A stretch of 60,761 bases of DNA, filler included, from Squatina squatina (taxonomy: Eukaryota), in the NCBI GenBank assembly GCA_031763465.1. It is 4 parts of 4 records of this genome, joined end to end, with 100 filler letters (N's around TTAATTAATTAA, not from the genome) between each part and the next. Parts side by side here need not be neighbours in the genome. Positions count along the whole stretch, not along the records: positions 45,295 to 60,761 come from JARFOE010000042.1; 3 more parts are not named here. One strand, 5' to 3'. The notes below the pieces were generated by a model. It saw nothing but the letters and a program-made list of their open reading frames with translations. It was not told the DNA's origin and made no database searches. This document shows positions 60,247-60,761 of the stretch, one piece after another. The translations under genes and the position numbers were made by a program. Position 1 is the stretch's first letter. Each line of letters opens with the position of its first letter.

Positions 60247-60761
60247 TTTTAAAAAAGAGGGTAAGGGAAAATGCGGATTATAGACTGGTGAGCCTGACAT
60301 CAGTAGTGGGGAAAATACTGAAGTCCATTATTAAAATGTAATAGCAGAGCATTTGGAAAATAGTGACAGGATCAGTCAACATCGGCATGGATTTACAAAA
60401 GGAAAGTTTTGCTTGAGATATCTACTGGAATGTTTTGAGGGTGTAACTTGTAGAGTGGATAGGGGAGAACTAGTGGACTTTCAAAAGGCTTTCGACAAGG
60501 TGTCCACATAAGGGATTATGTGCAAAATTAAAGCACATGGGATTGGGGGTAAAGTACTGACATGGATAGAGAACTGGTTGGCAGTCAGGAAACAAAGAGT
60601 AAGAATAAACGGGTCATTTTCTGAGTGGCAGGCAGTGACTAGTGGGGCACCACAGGGTTCAGTAGTAGGACCCCAGCCATTCATAATATATATTAATGAT
60701 TTAGATGAGGGAATTAAATGTAATATCTCCAAGTTTGCGGATGACACAAAGCTGGGTGGGA
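60247..60761 (+). mobile_element. CR1 LINE RT fragment
   Basis: YRLVSLTSVVGKILK...DFQKAFDKVS...[13 protein letters not shown]...YINDLD...[10 protein letters not shown]. Confidence 0.92.

Overview
This is eukaryotic, gappy draft genomic DNA from a vertebrate, very probably a shark, judged from its CR1/L2 LINEs, Deu-domain SINEs, Penelope and PIF/Harbinger repeats. It consists of dozens of short contigs joined mostly by 100-N spacers, so adjacency across gaps is uncertain. The window is the PGR-TRPC6 syntenic locus. It holds the 3' part of progesterone receptor (PGR) exon 1 (3227-4097, minus), two TRPC6 exons (14143-14346 and 16104-16299, minus) and a CpG-rich, probably bidirectional promoter at about 40.7-42.2 kb. 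Three features stand out. (1) A degraded class I viral envelope gene at 788-1780 has a furin site and a long Cys-rich post-cleavage ectodomain, resembling lokiretrovirus or foamy-virus Env rather than ordinary ERV Env. (2) A tandem CCCH zinc-finger exon of PARP12/ZAP-like type lies antisense inside a TRPC6 intron, on the same contig as a TRPC6 exon. (3) The promoter carries a 41-bp triplicated TGATTGACGTGG...CCAAT module, two CRE palindromes and an RFX-like X-box. All homology calls come from recalled motifs, not database searches. Repeat boundaries are approximate.
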